The position numbers and the translations under genes are program-made. The notes beneath the pieces were generated by a model. That model was not told where the DNA came from. It saw only the letters and a program-made list of their open reading frames with translations, and made no database searches. Shown here piece after piece: positions 1 through 8,950 of a DNA stretch of 64,000 nucleotides. Position 1 is the first letter of the stretch. Every line of letters begins with the position of its first letter. The stretch comes from an uncultured beta proteobacterium (GTDB lineage Bacteria > Pseudomonadota > Gammaproteobacteria > Burkholderiales > Burkholderiaceae_C): assembly GCA_963850525.1 (NCBI GenBank), contig CAWKLQ010000011.1:173196-237195 (forward strand). The letters are read 5' to 3'.

Positions 1-145
1 CAGCACCCATGCCCTGCAGCATGCGCCGCATGATGTTGATCGCGGCGTCGTGGCCGTCGAATAGCGACGCGGCGGTGACCAGGCGCACCTTGTGCGTCGG
101 GCGATAGTCGGCCAGGGCCTTGAATTCGGCGGAAAGATCGGTCAC
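1..145 (-). CDS. icmF: B12-dependent fused isobutyryl-CoA mutase (IcmF-type), N-terminal fragment only; gene runs off the window
   Basis: Reverse-strand translation is [48 protein letters not shown]. This is a B12-binding domain with the DxHxxG motif (DGHDAA) at the protein N-terminus, which is the IcmF arrangement. GTG at 145 is preceded by AGGAG. Confidence 0.6.
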   Translation of the reverse strand, partial: MTDLSAEFKALADYRPTHKVRLVTAASLFDGHDAAINIMRRMLQGMGA

Positions 146-202
146 GCGGGATCTCCTTGGGCAGCGCGGGCGCCGCGGCAGGCCGGACATCGGCTGCGCA
201 AT

Positions 203-218
203 TGACGTATACGTCAAC
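203..218. promoter_or_regulatory. Perfect 16-bp palindrome TTGACGTATACGTCAA, candidate operator in the icmF / hypothetical-gene divergent promoter region
   Basis: Seen directly. It lies 58-73 nt upstream of the icmF GTG. It is an AT-containing perfect dyad in GC-rich DNA. Confidence 0.4.
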
Positions 219-439
219 TTGCAGTGTAGCGCGACACCTGTGCGCGGCGCGCCTGCGCGTGGGCACCCTGCCGGGTTCACCCCGGGCGCCGTGACCCAGC
301 CCGATCGGGCATGCCCGACCCCGAACACCGGGCACGCATTCAGACGGGCTGCCGGGCCCAAAGCCCGCCAATCGCGGCACAATCCCGCCGGATGCGCTAG
401 TGCGAGCTGTCCGACGCCGAGCCGCCCTCACAACAAGAG

Positions 440-1120
440 GTGGAGACCCGATTGCACACCGACCTGATTCCAGCCAAAACCCGCGCCGGCCTGGCCGAGC
501 TGTCGGCGCCGCGGCGCCGCGTGAGCCAGCGCCATCGAACCCTGCTGCACCTCGTCGACGGGCGCCGCAGCGAACCGCAAGTGCGCGACATGGCCACTCA
601 GGCAGGTGTTCCCCTCACCTGTTTCGCCGACCTGCTGACGCTGGGTTTGATTGAACTGCGCGCGCCGGCGGCGCAGCGCGATAGCGCGCCCTTGCGCCCC
701 GCCGCCTTGAGCGTCAGTGGCGCGGCCATCTGGCGCGACGCCTCCGGCGTCGACTCCGAATTGCCCGCTTCGCGCACCTTGCCTCCCGTCAGCGGTTTCC
801 CGGACTCGCTCACCAGCGAGCCGGTCACGCCGTCGTCCTGGTTTCAGACCGATCCCCTGGAGCACCAACCTGCCGACGACGCGCTCGAGCGCGCCCGCGA
901 AATCCTTCTGAAGACGCTGCGCGCCGAAGCGCCTTGGGCCGGCTCGTTGACCTCGCTGCGCCTGCGCCGCGCGCGCTCGCGCGAAGACCTGCGCCCGCTG
1001 ATCGAAGAAGTCGAGGCGCGCGTCTACCAGCGGCGCCGCAGCTTGAGCGCGACGCTGGCGCTGCAGCAGGCGCGCACCTTGCTCACCGGGCCGCGCGGGC
1101 TCACCTGGGTCTCGCGTTGA
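440..1120 (+). CDS. Hypothetical protein
   Basis: 226-aa ORF with very high GC3 throughout. No family recognised. GTG start is uncertain. Confidence 0.6.
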   Translation: METRLHTDLIPAKTRAGLAELSAPRRRVSQRHRTLLHLVDGRRSEPQVRDMATQAGVPLTCFADLLTLGLIELRAPAAQRDSAPLRPAALSVSGAAIWRDASGVDSELPASRTLPPVSGFPDSLTSEPVTPSSWFQTDPLEHQPADDALERAREILLKTLRAEAPWAGSLTSLRLRRARSREDLRPLIEEVEARVYQRRRSLSATLALQQARTLLTGPRGLTWVSR

Positions 1121-1145
1121 GCGCAGCTGCGGCGCCGATGCCATC

Positions 1146-1913
1146 ATGACCTTCCTCGCGCTCGACGTCGGCAACACCCGGCTCAAATGGGGCCTGTACG
1201 ACGCGCCCCGCCCCGGCGCCCACATGCTGGCGCACGGCGCCGTGTTTCTCGAGACCATCGACACCCTGGCCGAAACCGACTGGCGCGCGCTGCCGGCGCC
1301 GGCCAGCCTGCTCGGTTGTGTTGTCGCGGGGGACGGCGTCAAGCGGCGCGTTGAAGAGCAGCTCGAGCTGTGGGAACTCGAGCCGCGCTGGGTCGTTCCA
1401 GCCGCGCACGCGTGCGGCGTCACGAACGGCTACGACCATCCGGTGCGCCTGGGCGTGGACCGCTGGGTCGCGCTCATCGGCGCACGCAGCCACGTGCTGG
1501 CGCGAGGTGCGGCGCGCCCCGCGCTGGTCGTGATGGTCGGCACCGCGGTCACGGTCGACGCGCTTGACGCCGACGGCAAGTTCCTCGGTGGCCTGATCCT
1601 GCCCGGCTTCGGCCTGATGCTGCGCGCCCTGGAAATGGGCACCGCCGGGCTCAAGGCGCCCACCGGCGAGGCCGTCGACTTCCCGACGAACACGAGCGAC
1701 GCATTGATGAGCGGCGGCGCCGACGCCATCGCCGGCGCGGTCGAGCGAATGCACCGCAAGCTGAAGCTGCGCACCGGCCAGGCGCCGCTCGTCCTGATGT
1801 CGGGGGGTGCGGCCGTCAAGCTGGCGCCGATCACCGAACTCGAGCTGGAGACGGTAGAGACGCTGATCTTCGAAGGCCTGCTTTGTCTGGAGGCGGCGCG
1901 TTCGCCGCTCTGA
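1146..1913 (+). CDS. coaX: Type III pantothenate kinase
   Basis: N-terminus [18 protein letters not shown] is the ASKHA phosphate-1 motif of CoaX. Length is 255 aa. Confidence 0.9.
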   Translation: MTFLALDVGNTRLKWGLYDAPRPGAHMLAHGAVFLETIDTLAETDWRALPAPASLLGCVVAGDGVKRRVEEQLELWELEPRWVVPAAHACGVTNGYDHPVRLGVDRWVALIGARSHVLARGAARPALVVMVGTAVTVDALDADGKFLGGLILPGFGLMLRALEMGTAGLKAPTGEAVDFPTNTSDALMSGGADAIAGAVERMHRKLKLRTGQAPLVLMSGGAAVKLAPITELELETVETLIFEGLLCLEAARSPL

Positions 1914-1937
1914 TCGGGCGCCCGGACGGCGCAGCGC

Positions 1938-3275
1938 TCAAAGAATATAGCGCGACAAATCCTCGTTGCGCGCCAGATCGGCGAGCCTGGCGTTCACCGT
2001 CGCGGTGTCGATGGTCACGGTCTGACCCGCCAGGTTCGGCGCCTGAAAACTCACGTCGTCGAGCAAGCGCTCCATCACCGTGGCGAGTCGCCGTGCGCCG
2101 ATGTTCTCGGTGCTCTCATTCACGTCGAACGCAATTTGCGCGAGGCGCCGCACCGCGTCGGGTTGCAGTTCGAGCGTCACGCCTTCGGTGGCGAGCAAGG
2201 CCTGGTATTGCTTGACCAGGCTCGCGTGCGTGTGCATCAGGATCGCCTCGAAATCGTCGACGCCGAGCGAGGCAAGTTCCACCCGGATCGGGAAGCGCCC
2301 CTGCAGCTCGGGAATCAGGTCGCTCGGCTTGCTCATGTGAAACGCGCCCGAGGCGATGAACAGGATGTGGTCGGTTCGCACCATGCCGTGTTTCGTGTTC
2401 ACGCTCGTGCCTTCGACGAGCGGCAACAGATCCCGCTGCACGCCCTGGCGCGAGACCTCAACGCCCTGGCTGTCGCTGCGCGACGTGACCTTGTCAATCT
2501 CGTCGATAAAGACGATGCCGTTTTGTTCGGTGTTGCGCAGCGCCGCCGCCTTGATCTCGTCTTCGTTGACCAGCTTGCCGGCCTCTTCGTCGACGAGCAG
2601 CTTGTGCGCCGCGTCGATGCGCAGTTTGCGCGTTTTGCGCCGGCTGTTGCCCAGATTGGCGAACATGCCTTTGAGCTGCTCGGCCATGTCTTCCATGCCT
2701 GCCGGCCCCATGATTTCGAGAGACGGCTTGGGGTCGGCGACGTCGATTTCGATTTCCTTGTCGGCGAGCAGCCCCTCGCGCAGGCGCTTGCGCATCACCT
2801 GGCGCGCCGTGCTGTCGGTGGGTGCCGCCTGGCCCAGGCCGAAGTCGCCGCCCTGGCGCGGCGGGGGCACGAGGATGTCGAGGATGCGTTCCTCGGCGGC
2901 ATCTTCGGCGCGCGTGCGCTGGCGCTGCATTTGCGATTCGCGTTCCTGCTTGACCGCCATGTCGACGAGGTCGCGAACGATCGAATCGACGTCCTTGCCG
3001 ACGTAACCGACTTCGGTGAACTTGGTCGCCTCGACCTTGATGAACGGCGCGTCGACGAGGCGCGCCAGGCGCCGCGCGATCTCGGTCTTGCCGACTCCCG
3101 TCGGGCCGATCATGAGGATGTTCTTCGGCGTGATTTCACCGCGCATCGCGCCTTCCACCTGCTGGCGCCGCCAGCGATTGCGCAGCGCAATCGCCACGGC
3201 GCGCTTGGCGCCGGCCTGGCCGACGATGTGGCGGTCCAATTCCGAGACGATCTCCTGCGGCGTCATCGAGTTCAT
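1938..3275 (-). CDS. hslU: ATP-dependent protease ATPase subunit HslU
   Basis: [20 protein letters not shown]..., Walker [16 protein letters not shown], and FIDEIDK. The ATG at 3275 overlaps the hslV TGA as ATGA. The longer ORF start at 3317 was rejected. Confidence 0.95.
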   Translation of the reverse strand: MNSMTPQEIVSELDRHIVGQAGAKRAVAIALRNRWRRQQVEGAMRGEITPKNILMIGPTGVGKTEIARRLARLVDAPFIKVEATKFTEVGYVGKDVDSIVRDLVDMAVKQERESQMQRQRTRAEDAAEERILDILVPPPRQGGDFGLGQAAPTDSTARQVMRKRLREGLLADKEIEIDVADPKPSLEIMGPAGMEDMAEQLKGMFANLGNSRRKTRKLRIDAAHKLLVDEEAGKLVNEDEIKAAALRNTEQNGIVFIDEIDKVTSRSDSQGVEVSRQGVQRDLLPLVEGTSVNTKHGMVRTDHILFIASGAFHMSKPSDLIPELQGRFPIRVELASLGVDDFEAILMHTHASLVKQYQALLATEGVTLELQPDAVRRLAQIAFDVNESTENIGARRLATVMERLLDDVSFQAPNLAGQTVTIDTATVNARLADLARNEDLSRYIL

Positions 3276-3808
3276 TCGAGGATCTCGATGCTGTGCTGCT
3301 GGTTCGTGTAGATGCACAAGTCGCCGGCAATCTCCAGCGAGCGCTTCACGATGTCGTGCGCCGTCATGTCGGTGTGCGTGTGCAAGGCGCGTGCCGCCGC
3401 CTGCGCGTAGGCGCCACCCGAGCCGATGGCGATGATGCCCATCTCGGGTTCGAGCACGTCGCCATTGCCGGTGATGATGAGCGACGCATCGCGGTCCGCC
3501 ACGGCGAGCATCGCCTCGAGGCGGCGCAGCACACGATCGGTGCGCCAGTCCTTGGTGAGTTCGATCGCGGCGCGAACCAGGTGCCCCTGGTGCTTTTCGA
3601 GCTTCGCTTCGAAGCGTTCGAACAGGGTGAACGCGTCCGCCGTCGCTCCGGCAAAACCCGCGAGCACCTGGTCGCGAAACAGCTTTCGCACCTTGCGCGC
3701 GCTCGCCTTGACGATCACGTTGCCGAGCGTCACCTGGCCGTCGCCGCCGAGCGCGACACTGCGGCCGCGGCGCACGCTGAGAATGGTCGTGCCGTGAAAG
3801 GTGTCCAT
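3272..3808 (-). CDS. hslV: ATP-dependent protease peptidase subunit HslV
   Basis: [30 protein letters not shown], with a catalytic N-terminal Thr after processing. Length is 178 aa. Confidence 0.95.
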   Translation of the reverse strand: MDTFHGTTILSVRRGRSVALGGDGQVTLGNVIVKASARKVRKLFRDQVLAGFAGATADAFTLFERFEAKLEKHQGHLVRAAIELTKDWRTDRVLRRLEAMLAVADRDASLIITGNGDVLEPEMGIIAIGSGGAYAQAAARALHTHTDMTAHDIVKRSLEIAGDLCIYTNQQHSIEILE

Positions 3809-3884
3809 GCGCTGCGGGGAAGGTTAGGTTCGAGGCAAGGCGCGGCGAGGGTTTGCGCCGGGCCCGTGCCGGCGCAGGCGGTCC

Positions 3885-5558
3885 TCAGTTGGTCCGCACC
3901 TTGACTTTGGCGTGCTCGTTGATTCCCATCGCGCCGAAGAACAGCGCCACCAGGCGGTGCGCCTCGAGGAAACACACGCTGCGGCTCTCGGTGCGGCGCG
4001 TCAGCACCCAGTTCAGCAGGTCGCCTGCGGCGATGAAATCGACGCGGATCAGCTTCGAGCACGTCACGTTCACGAGCGCGGCGCTCTTGATGTCGTCGTC
4101 GAGTTTCTTCAAGGTCGGCGCAATGTCGCCGACCAACTGGCCCGACAACTCGACCGCAGCGACTTGCACCGACGCCTGGTCTTCGAGGGTCTGCGACTCG
4201 ACGAAACTCGTCGACACCTCGCCGATCACCGACATCGAGGGCTGCGTGGCGAGCAAGTTCGAGCCGCGGATCTGCGCCACGCACAGGGCGCGCTCCCAGG
4301 AGGGCGGCGAGACCTCGTAGGTGACGCAATAGTCGATCGCGACCTCGTCGAACTGGTCGGGGCGGTTCGCGATGCGCAGCGCGTCCAGGCGGACCCGCCA
4401 ATAGGCCGGGTCGGCGTCGCGCACGCCGGTGGGGGTGGCCTCTTGCAAGACGCTGAACAGGCGTTCGCCGTTGAGCCAGTGCATGTCGAGCTTCTGCCCG
4501 ATCCACTTGCGGAACAGTTCGCTCAAGCGCGCGCAGCCTTCGGCGTCGACGCTCTTCAATTCGCTCCACTCGAACACCCAGGGCAGCGGCATCTGCAGCG
4601 TCTGCGACGCCAACTTCGCGACGGCGTCGGCGTCGACCACGGCCGGGCACACCCAACCGATCTGCCCCGCCACCCGGCTGCCGGCGGGTTCATCCGACAC
4701 CGATTCGGCAACCATCTTGGGCATCGAGAACCACTGCGGCGACGACCAGCCGAACTGCTGCGCGTAGTCCATCGCCAGGCTTTCGAACTTGTGCTGCTGG
4801 CCGGTCGCGCGGTACAGGTCGAACAGGACCAGCCAGGTCTCGGCGTTTTGTTCGCGCGCGCCGCCCTGGCCGACGAGGGCGCCGAGCGCGTTTTCGCACT
4901 GTTCGAAATCGGCGTTGGCAAACGCGATGACGGCCTCGTCCAAGTCCGGGTCGTGCGTCACCTCGCTGGCTTCGGCGGCGAAGGGCTTGGCCATCGCCGC
5001 CGTGCCGACGTTGACGTTGAGCGACTGGCCGGCCTGCGCCCTCTCCGGTGCTGCCACCGGTTCCGGCGCAGGTCTCGCGGCGCTGCTGCGCGCCGCGGCT
5101 GCAGGGGCGGGTGCGCGCGCTGCGGCCGGCGCCGCGGCGGGAGCGCGCGCGGGCGTGCTGAAGTAGTCGTTGGAGCGGCGCGGCGAGCCGGAGTAACCGT
5201 CGCCCACCATTTGCTGTTCGATCTGGTCGATCTTCGCCTTGACGCCGCTGTCGGGCTTGGCGCCGTCGGAGGCGCGCACTTCCGAATCGTCGTTGCGCGA
5301 ATTTCCCGCCAGCGCGGCGAGCTGGTCGCCCGTGAGGCCTTCGCGACGCACCTGGCGCAGCATGTCGAGCTCGCGTTTGCGCACGAAGTCGTTGCGCCGT
5401 TTGCGCTCGATCATCGACTTCAATTCAGACTTGGCGGTCTCCGCCTCGCGCGCCAAATCGCTGCGCGAAGCCAGGTCAGTCCACTCCGTGCCCGGATTGG
5501 CGACGAACTTCACCATCTTGCGAAAAAAACTCGGGCCGTCTTTGGGTTGTTCCGCCAT
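3885..5558 (-). CDS. Hypothetical protein with an internal two-module duplication and STAS-like C-terminal segments
   Basis: High GC3. There is a conserved-looking N-terminus (FFRKMVKFVANPGTEW), an Ala/Pro-rich linker, then two similar modules. The start was taken at ATG 5558; a TTG at 5591 is also possible. Confidence 0.65.
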   Translation of the reverse strand: MAEQPKDGPSFFRKMVKFVANPGTEWTDLASRSDLAREAETAKSELKSMIERKRRNDFVRKRELDMLRQVRREGLTGDQLAALAGNSRNDDSEVRASDGAKPDSGVKAKIDQIEQQMVGDGYSGSPRRSNDYFSTPARAPAAAPAAARAPAPAAAARSSAARPAPEPVAAPERAQAGQSLNVNVGTAAMAKPFAAEASEVTHDPDLDEAVIAFANADFEQCENALGALVGQGGAREQNAETWLVLFDLYRATGQQHKFESLAMDYAQQFGWSSPQWFSMPKMVAESVSDEPAGSRVAGQIGWVCPAVVDADAVAKLASQTLQMPLPWVFEWSELKSVDAEGCARLSELFRKWIGQKLDMHWLNGERLFSVLQEATPTGVRDADPAYWRVRLDALRIANRPDQFDEVAIDYCVTYEVSPPSWERALCVAQIRGSNLLATQPSMSVIGEVSTSFVESQTLEDQASVQVAAVELSGQLVGDIAPTLKKLDDDIKSAALVNVTCSKLIRVDFIAAGDLLNWVLTRRTESRSVCFLEAHRLVALFFGAMGINEHAKVKVRTN

Positions 5559-5624
5559 GGCGAGGTCTGGGTTCGACGCTGGGGGAATCAAATGCCGTAC
5601 AGGCAGTGCCGGGGGCCGCGGCGA

Positions 5625-6629
5625 TCAGTCGCCGAACATTTTTTGCTTGAGTTCACGCCGTTGCTGCGCCTCCAGGGACAGTGTAGCGGTCGGTCGTGCA
5701 ATCAAGCGCCCCAATCCTATGGGTTCGCCGGTTTCATCACAGAAACCGTACTCGCCGGCCTCGATTCGCGTGAGCGACTGCGAGATCTTCTTGAGCAGCT
5801 TGCGTTCCCGGTCGCGGGTTCGCAGCTCCAGGGCGTGCTCTTCCTCGATCGTCGCCCGGTCGGCCGGGTCGGGAACGATCGACGTGTCTTCGCGCAAGTG
5901 CTCGGTGGTTGCGCCGGCGTTGCTCAGCAAACTGTCTTTCAGCGCCTGCAGCGTGCGCCGGAAAAACTCGAGCTGCTTGTCGTTCATGTACTCGGCTTCC
6001 GGCATCGCCAGGACTTCGGCTTCCGTCAGGTCGCGCCCGGACTTGGTCTTCCACGCATTCGCCAGCTTCGGGTCGGCCACGTGCACCGGGCGCGGCGTGT
6101 CGAGCTCGACTTGCGCCATCTGGCGCGTGGGGGGCCGCGGCGGCGCAAACCGGTCCGCAAAGCGCGACGTCGGCGGGGGCAAGGGGGCCTGCGCCGGAAC
6201 CGCATTCGCCCGCGCCGCAGCGCGACTCGACAGGCGCTTGGGCGGGGCGGGGGCAACCGGCGCGACGGACGCCACTTTGCCTGGGGATTGGGTCATGGAT
6301 TCGCCTGCTTTATGAGAAATGGGTTTGGGCGCGGCCGCGCTGGACGCTGCCGCCTTGGGTGCAGGCTTGGACTTTGCTGGCGCTGCCGCCGGCTTGGCCG
6401 CCGCGGCTTTCGCTGCGGGTTGGGCTGAGGGCTTTGCGCTCGGTTTTGCGCCGGCTTTTTTTGCCGGCGCAGCGGGTGGGGTCACTTTCTTGGCAACCGC
6501 TGTCGGTTTCTTCGCCGCGGCCGCTTTCTTGACCTTTGTCGGCACGGGCGCCGGCTTCTTGACCGCAGCGCTCGCTCTTTTTGCGGCAGGTTTCTTGCCA
6601 GTCGTCTTTGGGGTCGGTTTATTGCTCAA
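5625..6629 (-). CDS. dksA: DksA/TraR-family RNA polymerase-binding protein with a long Lys/Ala/Pro-rich N-terminal extension and a Cys-poor (non-Cys4) C-terminal finger
   Basis: C-terminal ~130 aa: VPDPADRATIEEEHALELRTRDRERKLLKKI...GEYGFCDETGEPIGLGRLIARPTATLSLEAQQ. The DxxDxA coiled-coil tip is present. Only 1 of the 4 canonical Zn cysteines is retained. TTG at 6629 sits 5 nt after AAGGAGA; the alternative is ATG 6653. Confidence 0.85.
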   Translation of the reverse strand: MSNKPTPKTTGKKPAAKRASAAVKKPAPVPTKVKKAAAAKKPTAVAKKVTPPAAPAKKAGAKPSAKPSAQPAAKAAAAKPAAAPAKSKPAPKAAASSAAAPKPISHKAGESMTQSPGKVASVAPVAPAPPKRLSSRAAARANAVPAQAPLPPPTSRFADRFAPPRPPTRQMAQVELDTPRPVHVADPKLANAWKTKSGRDLTEAEVLAMPEAEYMNDKQLEFFRRTLQALKDSLLSNAGATTEHLREDTSIVPDPADRATIEEEHALELRTRDRERKLLKKISQSLTRIEAGEYGFCDETGEPIGLGRLIARPTATLSLEAQQRRELKQKMFGD

Positions 6630-6785
6630 GTGACTCTCCTTGCAGCGGCGCATGCCCTCTGTGCGAGGGTTTTCGCCGAGGCGGCGCGGCTTTGGCGGCG
6701 GCGGATTGTATCCACGGCGTTGTGCGGCACCGGCGCCCCGCGCGCCCACGGCGCCAAATGCTGCGCGATTCGATCGCTCAGCGGG

Positions 6786-7826
6786 TCAGGCCAGGCACTG
6801 CTCAAGCCCCTGCAAAAAGATCTCGCGCGGCAAATCGAGGCCGATGAAGACCATTTTGCTGTTTTTCTTCTCGCCGGGCATCCATTTCGGCCCGAGGTCG
6901 CTGCCCATCAGCTGGTGCACGCCCTGGAATATGACTTTGCGATCGGTGCCCTTCATGTTCAGCACGCCCTTGTAGCGCAGCATCTTCGGGCCATACACCT
7001 GGACGATGGAGCCCAGGAAGTCTTCCAGTTTCGCCGGGTTGAAGGCCTTGTCGGAGCGGAACACGAAAGACTTCACGTCGTCGTCGTGCGCATGGTGGTG
7101 CGGGTGGTCGCAGTGTTCGCCGTGTTCATGGTCGTGGTCGTGATGCGCGTGGTCGTGTTCGGCAGCGCTCAGGAATTCCGGGTCGATGTCGAGCTTGGCG
7201 TTCAGGTTGAAGCCGTGCAGGTCGAACACCTCGGTCAGCGGCACGTCGCCGAAGTTGACGCGGCGTTGCGCGGCGCGCGGATTCATGTGCCTGACGCGGT
7301 GCGCCAGCGCGTCCATCACTGAGGCGTCCACGAGATCGGCCTTGCTGATGAAAATCTGGTCGGCGAAACCCACCTGGCGCCGCGCTTCCTGGCGCGTGTC
7401 GAGCTGGGCGTCGCCGTGTTTGGCGTCGACCAGCGTCAGGATCGAGTCGAGCAGGTAACTCTCGGCGATTTCGTCGTCCATGAAAAACGTCTGCGCCACC
7501 GGCCCCGGGTCGGCCAGGCCGGTCGTCTCGATGACGACGCGGTCGAAGTGAAGTTCGCCCTTGCGGCGCTTTTCCGCCAGGTCGGACAAGGTGGTGCGCA
7601 AGTCTTCGCGGATCGAGCAGCAGACGCAGCCGTTGTTCAGCTGGATGATCTGCTCCTTGCTGTCTTGCACGAGGATTTCGTTGTCGATGTTCTCGTCGCC
7701 GAATTCGTTTTCGATGACGGCGATTTTCTGGCCGTGCGCCTCGCTGAGGACACGCTTGAGCAAGGTCGTCTTGCCCGAGCCCAGAAAGCCGGTGAGGATG
7801 GTGGCGGGGATGAGGCCAGGGTTCAT
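6786..7826 (-). CDS. COG0523 (CobW/ZigA/YeiR-type) G3E-family metallochaperone GTPase with His-rich insert
   Basis: GFLGSGKTTLL P-loop, CVCC motif, and His-rich stretch HDHAHHDHDHEHGEHCDHPHHHAHDDD. Start taken at MNPGLIP (7826). Confidence 0.9.
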   Translation of the reverse strand: MNPGLIPATILTGFLGSGKTTLLKRVLSEAHGQKIAVIENEFGDENIDNEILVQDSKEQIIQLNNGCVCCSIREDLRTTLSDLAEKRRKGELHFDRVVIETTGLADPGPVAQTFFMDDEIAESYLLDSILTLVDAKHGDAQLDTRQEARRQVGFADQIFISKADLVDASVMDALAHRVRHMNPRAAQRRVNFGDVPLTEVFDLHGFNLNAKLDIDPEFLSAAEHDHAHHDHDHEHGEHCDHPHHHAHDDDVKSFVFRSDKAFNPAKLEDFLGSIVQVYGPKMLRYKGVLNMKGTDRKVIFQGVHQLMGSDLGPKWMPGEKKNSKMVFIGLDLPREIFLQGLEQCLA

Positions 7827-8047
7827 GGGCGAATCCGTTTCGAGGGCTAAGGGGGCGGCGCTGTCGGTTTGCACCGGCGCTCTCGCCAAACGTGCCCGAT
7901 TGTCGGGCAGCTCCAGCGCGAGCCCCATCATTTGGGGGTCGGTGACTGTGGTTCAAGGGCGCCGGTGTGTCAAGGCGTCGCCCAATTTTCGGCGGTTCCG
8001 CGCATCGAGTAAGCTCCACGTCTGCCCACAACACGTCGCAAGGCGCG

Positions 8048-8950
8048 ATGTCAGAGCCCCACCCAGGTCGAACTTCCCGCGAAAAACCTGCATCGACGCA
8101 GGCCGACAGGCGCAGCCTGTTTCAAAAGCTCGTGGAGTTTGTTTCGCCCGGGCCGGACTCGCGCAACGAGTTGATCGAGACCCTCGCCGACGCCGAAAAC
8201 CGCGAACTCATCGCGCCCGAGTCGCGCATGATGCTCGAAGGCGTGATCCGCATGGCGGACCTGACCGCCGGCGACGTGATGGTCGCCGCGCCGCACATGG
8301 ACCAGCTCGACATCGACGCACCCTACGAAGAGTTGCTGCACGAGGTGATCACGACCGGCCACTCGCGTTTTCCGGTGTTCGAAGGCCAGCGCCACAACGT
8401 CATCGGCATCCTGCTCGCCAAAGACCTGCTCAAAGTGCAGCGCTCCCCCGACCTGAGCTTGCGCACGCTGCTGCGCCCGGCGGTGTTCGTTCCCGAGTCG
8501 AAAGGCCTGAACGAGCTGCTGCGCGACTTTCGCGCGAACCGCAATCACCTGGCGATCGTCATCGACGAATTCGGCAACACGGCGGGCCTGATCACGATCG
8601 AAGACGTGCTGGAAGAGATCGTCGGCGAGATCGAAGACGAATTCGACGACAAGGACGGCGAGTCGGGCATCTACACGCTGGCCGACGGCAGCCAGCGCGT
8701 CGCCGGCGACACCGGCATCGACGCAGTGAATCACGCTTTCGGCGTGACGCTGCCGACCGATGAATTCGCGACGATCGGCGGCCTGGTCGCGCAGGAACTC
8801 GGCCACGTGCCGCGGCGCGGCGAGTCGACCCAAGTCGGGCCGCTGCTGTTCCACGTGATGCTGACGCGCGGCGGCGCGGTGCGCTGGTTCAAGGTGACGC
8901 GCGCACCCGAAGCTGCAGCTCAGCCCACGCGCCAAGCCAAGACCGCTTGA
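8048..8950 (+). CDS. corC: CBS-domain Mg/Co efflux-associated protein CorC/HlyC family
   Basis: Paired CBS region plus a CorC_HlyC C-terminal domain (EDVLEEIVGEIEDEFD). Classic position upstream of lnt. Confidence 0.9.
   Translation: MSEPHPGRTSREKPASTQADRRSLFQKLVEFVSPGPDSRNELIETLADAENRELIAPESRMMLEGVIRMADLTAGDVMVAAPHMDQLDIDAPYEELLHEVITTGHSRFPVFEGQRHNVIGILLAKDLLKVQRSPDLSLRTLLRPAVFVPESKGLNELLRDFRANRNHLAIVIDEFGNTAGLITIEDVLEEIVGEIEDEFDDKDGESGIYTLADGSQRVAGDTGIDAVNHAFGVTLPTDEFATIGGLVAQELGHVPRRGESTQVGPLLFHVMLTRGGAVRWFKVTRAPEAAAQPTRQAKTA

Noticed and set aside
3912-6428. 838-aa plus-strand ORF
   Set aside because: It lies antisense to the hypothetical/STAS-like gene and to dksA, both of which have recognisable conserved sequence. 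Its translation is Arg/Ala/Gly-rich with no motifs, typical of a shadow ORF in GC-rich DNA.
6230-6620. Repetitive GC-rich DNA that might look like a tandem repeat or array
   Set aside because: It is the coding sequence of the Lys/Ala/Pro low-complexity tail of DksA. There is no regular repeat-spacer periodicity, so it is not a CRISPR or VNTR.
7827-8047. Zur box upstream of the COG0523 GTPase / corC divergent region
   Set aside because: No AT-rich palindrome resembling GTTATAnTATAAC-type Zur sites is present. The region is uniformly GC-rich.
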